Assembly (NCBI RefSeq): GCF_001194135.2
Contig: NC_068997.1
Location: 41,213,798 to 41,246,032 of the forward strand
Direction of reading: 5' to 3'
Length of the DNA stretch: 32,235 bases
Origin: Octopus bimaculoides
Taxonomy: Eukaryota
Shown piece by piece: positions 23,440 to 32,235 of the stretch (positions within the stretch are counted from its first letter, which is position 1; each line of letters begins with the position of its first letter). A program made the translations under genes and the position numbers. The notes beneath the pieces are model-generated. The model was not told the origin of the DNA. It made no database searches and worked only from the letters and a program-made list of their open reading frames with translations.

Positions 23440-23640
23440 ATATATTATACACATGTATATTTGGTCTATGTCGTCATCTTGGTTCTTGGTTGTTGTACTC
23501 TCAATGTTTTAGCTGTTGTCCTCTCCGGCCTTCTTCATGTGCTCGTTTTATTCGAGAGCGCTGTCAGAATTTCGAAGTGAAACCTTTTTCCAATTCCAAG
23601 GGTTGGATTGTTCTCATTCTATTGTCTATTTTAGTGATAT
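23440..23640 (-). mobile_element. Probable Penelope-like terminal remnant with a degenerate hammerhead core
   Basis: Minus strand reads ATGAAGA-AGGCC...AGCT-AAAAC, a mutated CTGANGA...GAAAC. Confidence 0.4.
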
Positions 23641-24449
23641 TCTCCAGTTAGTTATTACTCTACATGTGATGTCACTAGCTTCTTCAACTTGAACCAGAGT
23701 AAACACATTTGAATGTTTGCTCCCATTAGCTGAAACACTACACTTAACAATGCTTTTATTCATTATAAGTGGTAGAAATTTGGAGCTTTAAACATGACAT
23801 TTTAAAGATTTTATTCTATTTTGTTATTTTGGTGGGTTTCAAGTTTAATGTTTTCTAATTAAAGACTCCTTATGTTTGTTTTTTTTAAAAACTGATTGAA
23901 GGGATTATCGAAACCCAGCCTATGCGATGACTCATTCAGTCATGGTTAAATATATTTTATCATTACTTTGTTCCTCATGAGTTCGTAACTTCCCCCTCTC
24001 TCTCTCCTCGAGGAAAAGCTAAATGACGAAAAACGAACTACAAATATTTCATAACATTCTAAACACTTTATCTCTCCATTAGAATCACATTAGAAATTAG
24101 TTAAAACGAATTACCGCTTTTAGATATCCCTCATAAATTCGTGTAATACCAGGATTACAGCAGAAATCGGTCGCATAAAAGACGGACACACATCAAAATC
24201 TGATTTTTATTCATGCCATCACGCATTAAACAAGACACTCTACACTGCGTGGCATGATGAACATGTGCAATAGTAGTTGATCTCGGTAAATTCAAATTCA
24301 GCTTGATGGATTGAGAAGCTTCCTCAAACTATAAATATATTCGTTGAAATTAATTGAAAAAAAAAAGGACTGGACATATTTCAACTTAGGACACCAACGC
24401 AAAAAGTAGATTAACGACTTACCTATATTGCACGTCTACTTTTACTGCA

Positions 24450-25125
24450 CAATACTCGGACACTATTCACGCTGCTGTCTTTTCAGTGTGGACAAAGGTA
24501 TGATCTGCAGCCTACAACATCAAATGAAAGTCATATTGCAATCCAGACACATACCAACAAGAGAAGATCCTTCATAATAACAAGGATCTGGCAATCATAG
24601 CATCAGCTTCTAAGAGAAAAGATGTAAAGGTCGTGAATGTAGGTGAAAAAGCTGCAACGATCTTCTTAATTTATATTAAAAACAAGTCAGGAGAAAATCA
24701 GAAAATCGTGGTCATTGAATATCAAGACAGTATTCTAAAACAGGTTTACCATGTAAGGTAAATCTGTTTTCAGCTTTTACCCTTCAGGGATATCTCTTTC
24801 AAACAAAGTCTCCAACAGAAGAGATGATGGCCAAGAAATATACTTAGTCTATCCCATGTAGGAGATATGACAGTGAATATAAAAGTGGGACAAACCACCC
24901 GCTGAAAGTAAGGTGAAAGGAACATCGAAATCCGTAATTCATGGTTAGACAGAAAATTTGGTCTTGACTAAGTATTTGTGGAGAGAAAATGAAAGCTCTC
25001 ATGGAACAAAAGTCAGGATAACAGATCGAAGCGACAGAAAGAAAAAGTGAATTTGATGGACTATGATAAGGTCTTCAGTTGTCCGAGTATAGATATTAAC
25101 ACTATTTGGGGCCCTTTAATTATGG
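24450..25125 (+). pseudogene. Possible decayed LINE AP-endonuclease remnant
   Basis: GDMTVNIKVG and CPSIDIN...PLIM resemble the GDFNAKVG and PxADIxSDH motifs. Heavily eroded. Confidence 0.3.
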
Positions 25126-25499
25126 GTGGGAGCATTAAACTCATGACAATAACAAAAAAAACTTGAGACTAACTTTTCTAATTCCCATTATTTAATGAAG
25201 AAATTGGACAATGGCATAGCCAATGGCGTAACTAGAGAGCGTGTCGCCCGAGACAGCCCTCGAGTTGTCCGTCCTTCCACCCCGCATCCAGCAAGTCTCT
25301 CTAGGTTTATATAGTAGTCCCAAGAGTGCCGCCTCCATAAAAGCGTCGCACGAGGCGAACCGTCTCTGGACACCCTAGGTACACTACTGGTGTTGACTGA
25401 GTGTTAAGTAGAGTGGTTTTGTACAGTGTTAAGCACAGTAGTTAGTCAAACCTCTGTGTCAGTTCAGTAGGGGTAAGGAGAACGGAATAATTTACACAC

Positions 25500-25610
25500 G
25501 TAGACCTAATAAAGGAATCATTTGAAATATGGAGATTACCGTATATGAGAGACACTTGAAGAAGGCGAAAGAGTAAAGTTGAAACGTTGTGATTATTTCA
25601 ACGAAAATAT
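25500..25610 (+). mobile_element. Probable Penelope-like terminal remnant with a degenerate hammerhead core
   Basis: TTGAAGA-AGGC...GTT-GAAAC-GTTGTG at 25556-25591. Confidence 0.4.
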
Positions 25611-25627
25611 CATACATATATCCTCTC

Positions 25628-25800
25628 TACCATTGGCACAAGGGCTGAAATTTTGGTAAAGGGGCTAGTCGATTACATTGATCCCAGTGCTCAACTGGTT
25701 TTTATTTTATCAACCCCGAAAGGACGAAAGGCGAAAATCGACCTCGGCCGAATTTGAACTGTCACTAAGCATTTCCCCCAATTCTGTCAGCACGCCACCT
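25628..25800 (-). mobile_element. SINE family A copy with internal deletion
   Basis: Family A body, shortened after GAATTTGAACT. Confidence 0.75.
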
Positions 25801-26494
25801 TATATCAATGTATAATAATAAAACTTCCTCTTTGCAGATATTCATACAAAATTTAAATCTATAAATAGATTGTGAATCATGTTCGGTGTACATAAATTTA
25901 ATTGACAAGGAAGTAGAATGCGTGACAGGCAACAAACCACCTTAACAAGTCGAAATGTTTTCTGTTGTTAAACCCCTTCTCAGCTTTGATCGAGCAACCC
26001 TATGATCAAAGACAATCCATCCGTAAACACCACATTTTTCTCTTATGTGTTGCGAACCTAGATCCACATTATCTAACGTGTCTTTTTCGAAGATTGTGCG
26101 AAGTGGTTTGAATGGATTTGGTTGATGTTTCTCGCTTGTCAAACGACCACGTACAGCTTTACTCTTTCTCTCAAGCAACTTGGATAAATCCATGTGACGT
26201 AAAACAAGTCATTTGGATAAATTTGAGTGGGGAATTGCACTAAATTCATGCTTGGCTCAATCTACGTAACAAAATTTCTCGGTAATATTCTTTAAACTGA
26301 ATCAATAAATAAAATTTATTAAACTATAAATAGTATTTATAAACAATTTTTCCTCTCTTAATCCTTTCTGCTGACAATTGCGTCGATTTTATTCACATGA
26401 ATACCGACTGAAGAGGAATGTCTCGCCTAATTTTAGCAATTTTGAATTGTCCTCGATTTTTATAAGAACTCTAATAGTACATGAGTATTTTTAC

Positions 26495-26560
26495 ATACAC
26501 ACACACATACATACATACATACATACATACATACATACATGCATACATACATACATACAT
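26495..26560. repeat. (CATA)n microsatellite
   Basis: Read directly from the sequence. Confidence 0.95.
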
Positions 26561-27134
26561 ATGAAAGAAAAAGGCTGATTAGAAGACTGCAGATTCAAGC
26601 CATCAATGGAACTATAAAGATATGTAAAACTTTCCAAAAATTTAGCACATAAATACATATGCATGCATCTAGACATNNNNNNNNNNNNNNNNNNNNNNNN
26701 NNNNNNNNNNNNNNNNNNNNNNNNNNNNNNNNNNNNNNNNNNNNNNNNNNNNNNNNNNNNNNNNNNNNNNNNNNNNNNNNNNNNNNNNNNNNNNNNNNNN
26801 NNNNNNNNNNNNNNNNNNNNNNNNNNNNNNNNNNNNNNNNNNNNNNNNNNNNNNNNNNNNNNNNNNNNNNNNNNNNNNNNNNNNNNNNNNNNNNNNNNNN
26901 NNNNNNNNNNNNNNNNNNNNNNNNNNNNNNNNNNNNNNNNNNNNNNNNNNNNNNNNNNNNNNNNNNNNNNNNNNNNNNNNNNNNNNNCACACACACACAG
27001 ACACACGCACACACATAAACATTCATAGTGAAGAAATCGATGAGTTTCGGAGGCCTTTATGGGCACAGCATCACCAATAAAAAAACAGTAGCAGCAACGA
27101 CGACAACAACAACAACAAAGCAACAACAATAATC

Positions 27135-27325
27135 CTTTCTACTGGAGGCACAAGGTCTCAGATTCGCGGGGTAGGGGACTAGTCGATTATATCAGCCTCA
27201 GTGTTTCACCGCTTCTTAATTTATTGAACACGAAATGATGAAAGTCGACCACAACGGAATTTAAACTTAGAACGTAGCGACGGACGAAATAGCGAAATAT
27301 CACCAAGCATTTCGTCCAGCGAGCT
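27135..27325 (-). mobile_element. Degraded SINE family A copy
   Basis: GGCACAAGG...CTAGTCGATTA...AAAGTCGACCACAACGGAATTTAAACTTAGAACGT matches the family A body. Confidence 0.7.
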
Positions 27326-27339
27326 TAATAATAATAATG

Positions 27340-27382
<43 letters not shown>

Positions 27383-27390
27383 TAATAATC
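27326..27390. repeat. (AAT)n microsatellite
   Basis: Read directly from the sequence. Confidence 0.95.
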
Positions 27391-27679
27391 ATACCCGAAA
27401 ACCGCTGTAAAATGCGAGGAAGTATCAAGCTGAAAGATATTGCCTTGAACAACGAAGAAGAGATTCTGTAGTGAGGATTGAGGAAGTGCTCGTCTAAATA
27501 TAAACATCAAACGGATGTTATCGTTTGCTCAACTACTGGGATAGACTGCGTAATTTTGATTACCTCTATTTCTTTTCTTTTTTTTTCCAATCAGTCGGTT
27601 TCTCTTTTCTTTTTTTAATTTGGATTTGTCTGAATCATTCAAGTGCTGCAACTTTTTCTCATACCTTTTCTCTTTTATC

Positions 27680-27972
27680 TTTTAACTCTTGCGTTTTACT
27701 TGTTCCATTCATGGGACAGCGGTCATGCTGGAGTGGAGTACCGCCTTCAAGGGTTTAGTCGAACAAACCAGTCCAGTATTTATTTAGAAAAAAAAAATGT
27801 CAAGTACTTTCTCTATTGGTTTCAATTGTCGAACCGCAAAGTTAGAAAGACGTTAAAATAAAAAAAACATCACCTGTTGGCAAGCAGTGCGAGGACAAAG
27901 ACGAAAACAAAGTCACACGCACACGCACGCAAACATACATATACACACACACACACACATACATACATACAT
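27680..27972 (-). mobile_element. SINE family C 3' half with (CA)/(CATA) tract
   Basis: Reverse complement of the 17140-17330 segment (CATGCTGGAG...CCGCC...GTCGA...GAACCGC). Confidence 0.65.
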
Positions 27973-27978
27973 AGGTGC

Positions 27979-28010
27979 AGGCGTGGCTGTGTGGTAAGAA
28001 ACTCGCTTCC
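27979..28010 (+). mobile_element. SINE family C head, interrupted by a LINE insertion
   Basis: GGCGTGGCTGTGTGGTAAGAAACTCGCTTCC matches the 16930 head up to CTT(C/A)C, then similarity stops abruptly. Confidence 0.75.
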
Positions 28011-29820
28011 GGTCTTGCGCGTTGTGCTGGTTTCTTCCTGTACAGTGGAGTGGGCGTGAGTCGTTCGGCTGCTCCCAATGTTGAACTAAAAAGAACAATT
28101 TGAAAAAATTCGCCGCCGGTGTAAGTTGTTTTTGTTGTCTAGCTGGGCGGTAATTAGTTGCTCGTAATTTTTTTCCAGCAGGTTAGTGTCCAGCTTTGTA
28201 GCACTTGCGCTTGCCTCTGGCGGATCTTTTGTGTGTTCGTAGTTACGAACAAATTGTGTGTTTACTGTTTGTGATGGGTGTGTTCGCTGCCCCACAGCGG
28301 TGAAGATTTTTGTTGGCATTTTAGCCGAAAACCTTTGTGTGTTCGTCTTTTTTGTTTGGCGTTCTGCCGAAATTTTGGAGTTCCTGTTTGGAGTACCTGT
28401 TTGGAATACCTGTCGAAGATTTTGTGACATTAACTTTTTTCTTTTCTTTGGACTATCTACTTCTGCTCTGTCTCTTATTTTTGTTTTTATTTTTCCTTCT
28501 AACTTTTAATTTTGTGAACTAGTGTTTTTTTCTGTGAACTATTTTTGAAATATCTTTTTGGTCATGGAACCTAAAAAGAAAATCACTCTCTTGGGGTGGG
28601 AATTATGCCCACCCAAGCAATGGTTAAAACAAATGGAAGAAAGAGCGGTGGTGTTGCGGACGTATTTTAAGTCATTAGATACCATTACGGTCTTTCCTCA
28701 AGTGGATATCGAGAGAGAGTTGGTGGAACATCTGCCCACCATTAAGTTTATGGCCAGGGGTGTCAAGTACGCAACGGTTTGGTTGCTATTTGAAGGACAG
28801 GACATTTTGTTTCTCCCTACCTATTGCGGGAAGAAATTGACTCGTGCTTGGATCTGTGGACTGCCACCAGGTATAGAGCCTGAGTGGATAAAAGATACTA
28901 TACACCGGGGTCTTGGTGGCAGTGGATCCAAGCTACTAAATGTAAAAATATTGCCTTCAGCTGATTGGGTTGGGTCAAAAGCTGTTTTGACCATATGGAC
29001 CCAATCAGCTAAAGATCTGGTTCTTTCAGATTTTCTAAGGATGGCCGGGCGCATGTATCCGGTGATCCTTTGAGGGACGCCCCCCACCACCCAAGTGTCA
29101 GGGCCGTGGTAAGGTCCTGGAGCAGAATAAGGAAAACGTGCCCGCCGCCCCTCTATTGGAGGGGGAGACGGCGAAAGTTGTGGAGGCGGCTGCCTCCATA
29201 AAAAGAAAGAGAAAGGTGCAAATAATGCACAGGAGGCAGAGGAGGATAGNNNNNNNNNNNNNNNNNNNNNNNNNNNNNNNNNNNNNNNNNNNNNNNNNNN
29301 NNNNNNNNNNNNNNNNNNNNNNNNNNNNNNNNNNNNNNNNNNNNNGAATGAGGCTCCGTCGGTGGGAAGTGTGCCACTGACGGAGCTGCTTGAGGCTCCT
29401 TCCCGTGATGAGGAGGAGTTTGTCCTCCTTTATCGTAAGAAAATTGTTGGATGACCTGTGCGACCGAGAAATTATGTTCGCAGAGTGCACAATCAGTCCA
29501 TTGTGGCCTCCGCAGGTGACTGCGGAGTTACTACAGCATTCAGTGTTGTCAAGGGCCATGGAGACCCTTGACAAAGAAGAGCTCGCATTCCTTTTTGCGG
29601 GCCCAAATGATTGGGGGTTTTTTTTCATGTATTTTTAATGGTTTTTATTGAACTGCTTGAACATTAATTTCGAGGGGTTTTCTGTCGGCGAGCGCCGAAT
29701 ACCCCTCTCATTTATATCATCCATACCTTATCATTCTTCATGTCATTAATGTTTTTGTCCAGCCCGCTGTCCTTCTGGCAATTCTGTGTACAGCCTATAT
29801 GGCTAATTCGATGAAATAAA
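28011..29820 (+). mobile_element. L1/Tx1-like non-LTR element, apparently ORF1-only
   Basis: GC-richer 5' UTR, an ORF1-like frame, and a 3' UTR ending in AATAAA (29815-29820). Flanked by GAA(A/G)CTCGCTTCC direct repeats. Confidence 0.65.
28564..29073 (+). pseudogene. LINE ORF1-like frame, frameshifted at about 29070; continues to about 29638
   Basis: MEPKKK...ICGLPPGIEPEWI...MYPVIL*, then in the +1 frame EGRPPPPKCQGRG. This resembles the EGRPPxCxxC pre-knuckle motif of L1/Tx1 ORF1, with a degenerate zinc knuckle. Confidence 0.55.
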
Positions 29821-29833
29821 GAAGCTCGCTTCC

Positions 29834-29975
29834 GGTATTGGCTAGTTGGCTTCTCACTAGTGAACCAAGGAAGACATGAGTCGTGTGGGCTCTGTCTTAC
29901 GAAAGAAAAACGGAAAACTGCCGAGGTAGGTGACTTTGTTCGTTTGAGCTGGGCATAATTTATTGTTTGTCGTTT
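29834..29975 (+). mobile_element. 5' end of a second related L1/Tx1-like element
   Basis: Starts GGT right after the duplicated target. AGCTGGGCATAATTTATTGTT resembles AGCTGGGCGGTAATTAGTTGC in the first element's 5' UTR. Confidence 0.45.
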
Positions 29976-29986
29976 TTTTTTTTTTC

Positions 29987-30826
29987 AGTAAATGAAAACA
30001 AGAAAGCATCACACTCAGTAACAAAACAGGCAAAGGAATATCTAAGTGAATTCCAAATACAACAAATTCTAGGATTAGGCATACTAGAAACAAGCACAGA
30101 AAAAGCTAAGCGTATGAAAACACGTGCTAAAACTGTTGCCTTAGATATTCTTACAGATAAATGGCAAGAAAAACCTCTCAATGGCAAATACCCAAAGAGA
30201 GCTAATAATGCCGATGTTGACAAATCCCTTACCCATCAATGGCTAATGGCTTCTGGCTTAAAATCAGAAACAGAAGGGTTTATCATAGCAGCCCAAGATC
30301 AATGCTTACCTATAAGAAACTACCAGGCCAACATATTAAAGAATGGCAGCTTCCCAACATGTCGTGTATGTCAACAACAAAATGAAACCATAGATCATGT
30401 TGTCTCCATGTGCAGTCTTCTTGCGCTTACAAAGTATCTCAACAGGTATGATAGAGCAGCACAGTATATTTACTCGGTAATTTGAAAAAACCTGGATCTG
30501 CTCCATGATGAAAACTGGTAGGAACACAGACCACCTCCAGTGCTTGAAAATGATCACATCTCACTCCTCTGGAACTTCACCATTCAAGCTGACAGAAAGA
30601 TAGATGCAAATAGACCAGACATTATATTGAAAGACTTCAGACAAAAATAGAAATTAGCAAAATGTGGAACCTGAAGACTAAAACAATACCTGTTGTCATA
30701 GGTGCCCTAGGAATGATAGCAAAAGGGGGTGATTGCTACCTAGCTCAGATGAGGTCTCTGAGTGAGACTTGGAGCCAACTTGTACAAATGCATAGCAAAA
30801 GTCAAACATGAAATAGTAATATTAAT
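29987..30826 (+). mobile_element. R4/Dong-like retrotransposon 3' fragment 1
   Basis: KWQEKPLNGKY...SETEGFIIAAQDQ, CCHC knuckle CRVC...HVVSMC, LWNFTIQ...RPDII. Internal deletions near 30648 and 30750; degenerate tail AAATAGTAATATTAAT at 30811-30826. Confidence 0.85.
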
Positions 30827-31737
30827 TGGAAAATGGAACCACTGCATGGGCAATACCCCAGAGAAATCGAGGGAAAAGACGAAATCAACACTAGGAGATG
30901 GCTAAGAAAAAGTGATCTGAAAGGATGCACTGAGACATTGATATGTAGCGCGTTGGAACAAGCTGTAAGGACTAATTACACCAAGTTACAAATAGATAAG
31001 AGTAACGAATCGCCCCTTTGTAGGATGTGTAACAGTAGAAACGAAACAATCTCATATGTTGTGAGCGAGTATAGCAGGCTGGCCGAAGAGCACTACAACA
31101 GGAGGTACGATAACGTGACTAAGTTAGTCCACTATGTAGAAAGTACGTCCTGAACAGAGTACGGAAATGGTACGAACATGAATCAGAAGGAGTCACCGAG
31201 AACAAAGAAAATAAGATGCTGTGGGATTTTACAATCCAGTGTGACTCCCTAATCAAGGCTCGGAGACCAGGTATTGTTGTGGTATACAAAGGAAAAAAGG
31301 AAATCAAGATCATAGATATTGCGATACCTGGGGTTGCACGCATTAGTGACAAAAAACTAGAGAAGATTGAAAAATGCAGACCACTAAAAGACGAAATTGC
31401 AAGAATGTGAACTGTGAGGAGTGTATCTGTCATTCTAGTAGCTGCAAGGGCATTAGGGGCACTAACAACGAATTTCGAGAAATATATAAGAGAAATCGGA
31501 ATTGACATGAGGGTAGAACATGCTCAAAAAACTGCTCTACTGGGAACAGCAAAGATTTTGAGATTGGTACTTAGCTGTTCAATGTCTCCTACAATAATTA
31601 ACAATCAAGTATCAAAGCTTATAACGTGCAGAAAGAGACCCCGTGAGACTTCTGACGGCAGGCTGCTGTCCCCTCTCACAGAATCTACTAGAACAAATAA
31701 GACCGAACGTTCTGAGATGTAAAACAACAACAACAAC

Positions 31738-31770
<33 letters not shown>
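30827..31770 (+). mobile_element. R4/Dong-like retrotransposon 3' fragment 2 (different subfamily)
   Basis: EPLHGQY...CRMC...LWDFTIQCD...IDIAIPG...KTALLGTAKILR, then a 3' UTR and an (AAC)(AAT)n tail. Contains stops and frameshifts. Confidence 0.85.
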
Positions 31771-31772
<2 letters not shown>

Positions 31773-32100
31773 GTCGAGAGATATGACAGGTTAGCTTGGG
31801 AAGTTAAGCAGTTGTGGTCGATGAAAACGGTTGCAGTAGTACCAATAATCGTCGGAGCCCTGGGAACAGTGAGCAGAAATCTCGAGAAGTACGTAGAACA
31901 AATAGGGGCTGCAATAAGGGTGGAGCACTTGCAGAAAACAGCACTGCTTGGAACCGCTCGAATACTCCGGAAGGTACTGGAAAAATAAGGGGTGTTACCT
32001 TAGTTCACTGGTAGTGAACAGCTGACACCGTTGTACATCTCCAGCGTTAGAAACTGTGCAAAGGTAATGATGATAATAATAACAATAATAATAATAATTA
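31771..32100 (+). mobile_element. R4/Dong-like retrotransposon 3' fragment 3
   Basis: RYDRLAWEVKQLWSMKTVAVVPIIVGALG...LQKTALLGTARILRKVLEK*, short UTR, (AAT)n tail. Confidence 0.85.
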
Positions 32101-32235
32101 ATTCTGGTTTTATTGGCCACAAGGGCTAATATAAAGTAAAAACATGTAAGGACAAAGACAGGACGAAGGTTACAAAGGGTTTTGTCCGAAAAGAAGAAAA
32201 CGTTCGTGTAAACAGAGGAAAAACAGAGAAAGATA
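32101..32235 (-). mobile_element. Probable 3' end of another non-LTR element, tail-to-tail with fragment 3
   Basis: The minus strand reads a pyrimidine-rich UTR ending CCCTTGTGGCCAATAAAA before the (ATT)n run. Confidence 0.4.

Noticed and set aside
25221-25389. MITE with CAATGGCGTAACTAG / CTAGGTACACTACTG inverted ends
   Set aside because: The TIR match is imperfect, no TSD is visible and there is only one copy in the window.
26491-27129. Long ORFs spanning N-runs (also 13158-13509 and 29098-29628)
   Set aside because: They are artefacts of N-gaps and microsatellites.

Overview
AT-rich, repeat-dense animal genomic DNA with five N-gaps (11361-11460, 13171-13452, 17113-17135, 26677-26987, 29250-29345). 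The SINE families and (CATA)n/(AAT)n microsatellites look cephalopod (Octopus-like); this is inferred from recalled repeat patterns, not from a database search. One host gene is well supported although the ORF track splits it. It is a minus-strand, two-coding-exon gene (15497-15332 and 13945-13836) for a 91-aa secreted peptide with 12 Cys and a CGCC motif, resembling the IGFBP N-domain / fungal protease inhibitor-1 / neuroparsin group. The rest is mostly mobile DNA: several tRNA-type SINE families, hAT and piggyBac-type MITEs, decayed transposase and LINE remnants, degenerate hammerhead-like motifs, and a head-to-tail stack of three R4/Dong-like retrotransposon ends joined at (AAT)n. An L1/Tx1-like, apparently ORF1-only element sits inside the tRNA-like head of a SINE with a 13-bp target duplication and is followed by the start of a second related copy, which suggests SINE-targeted, site-specific retrotransposition. 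There is no CRISPR array, rRNA gene or convincing tRNA gene. Repeat boundaries are approximate.
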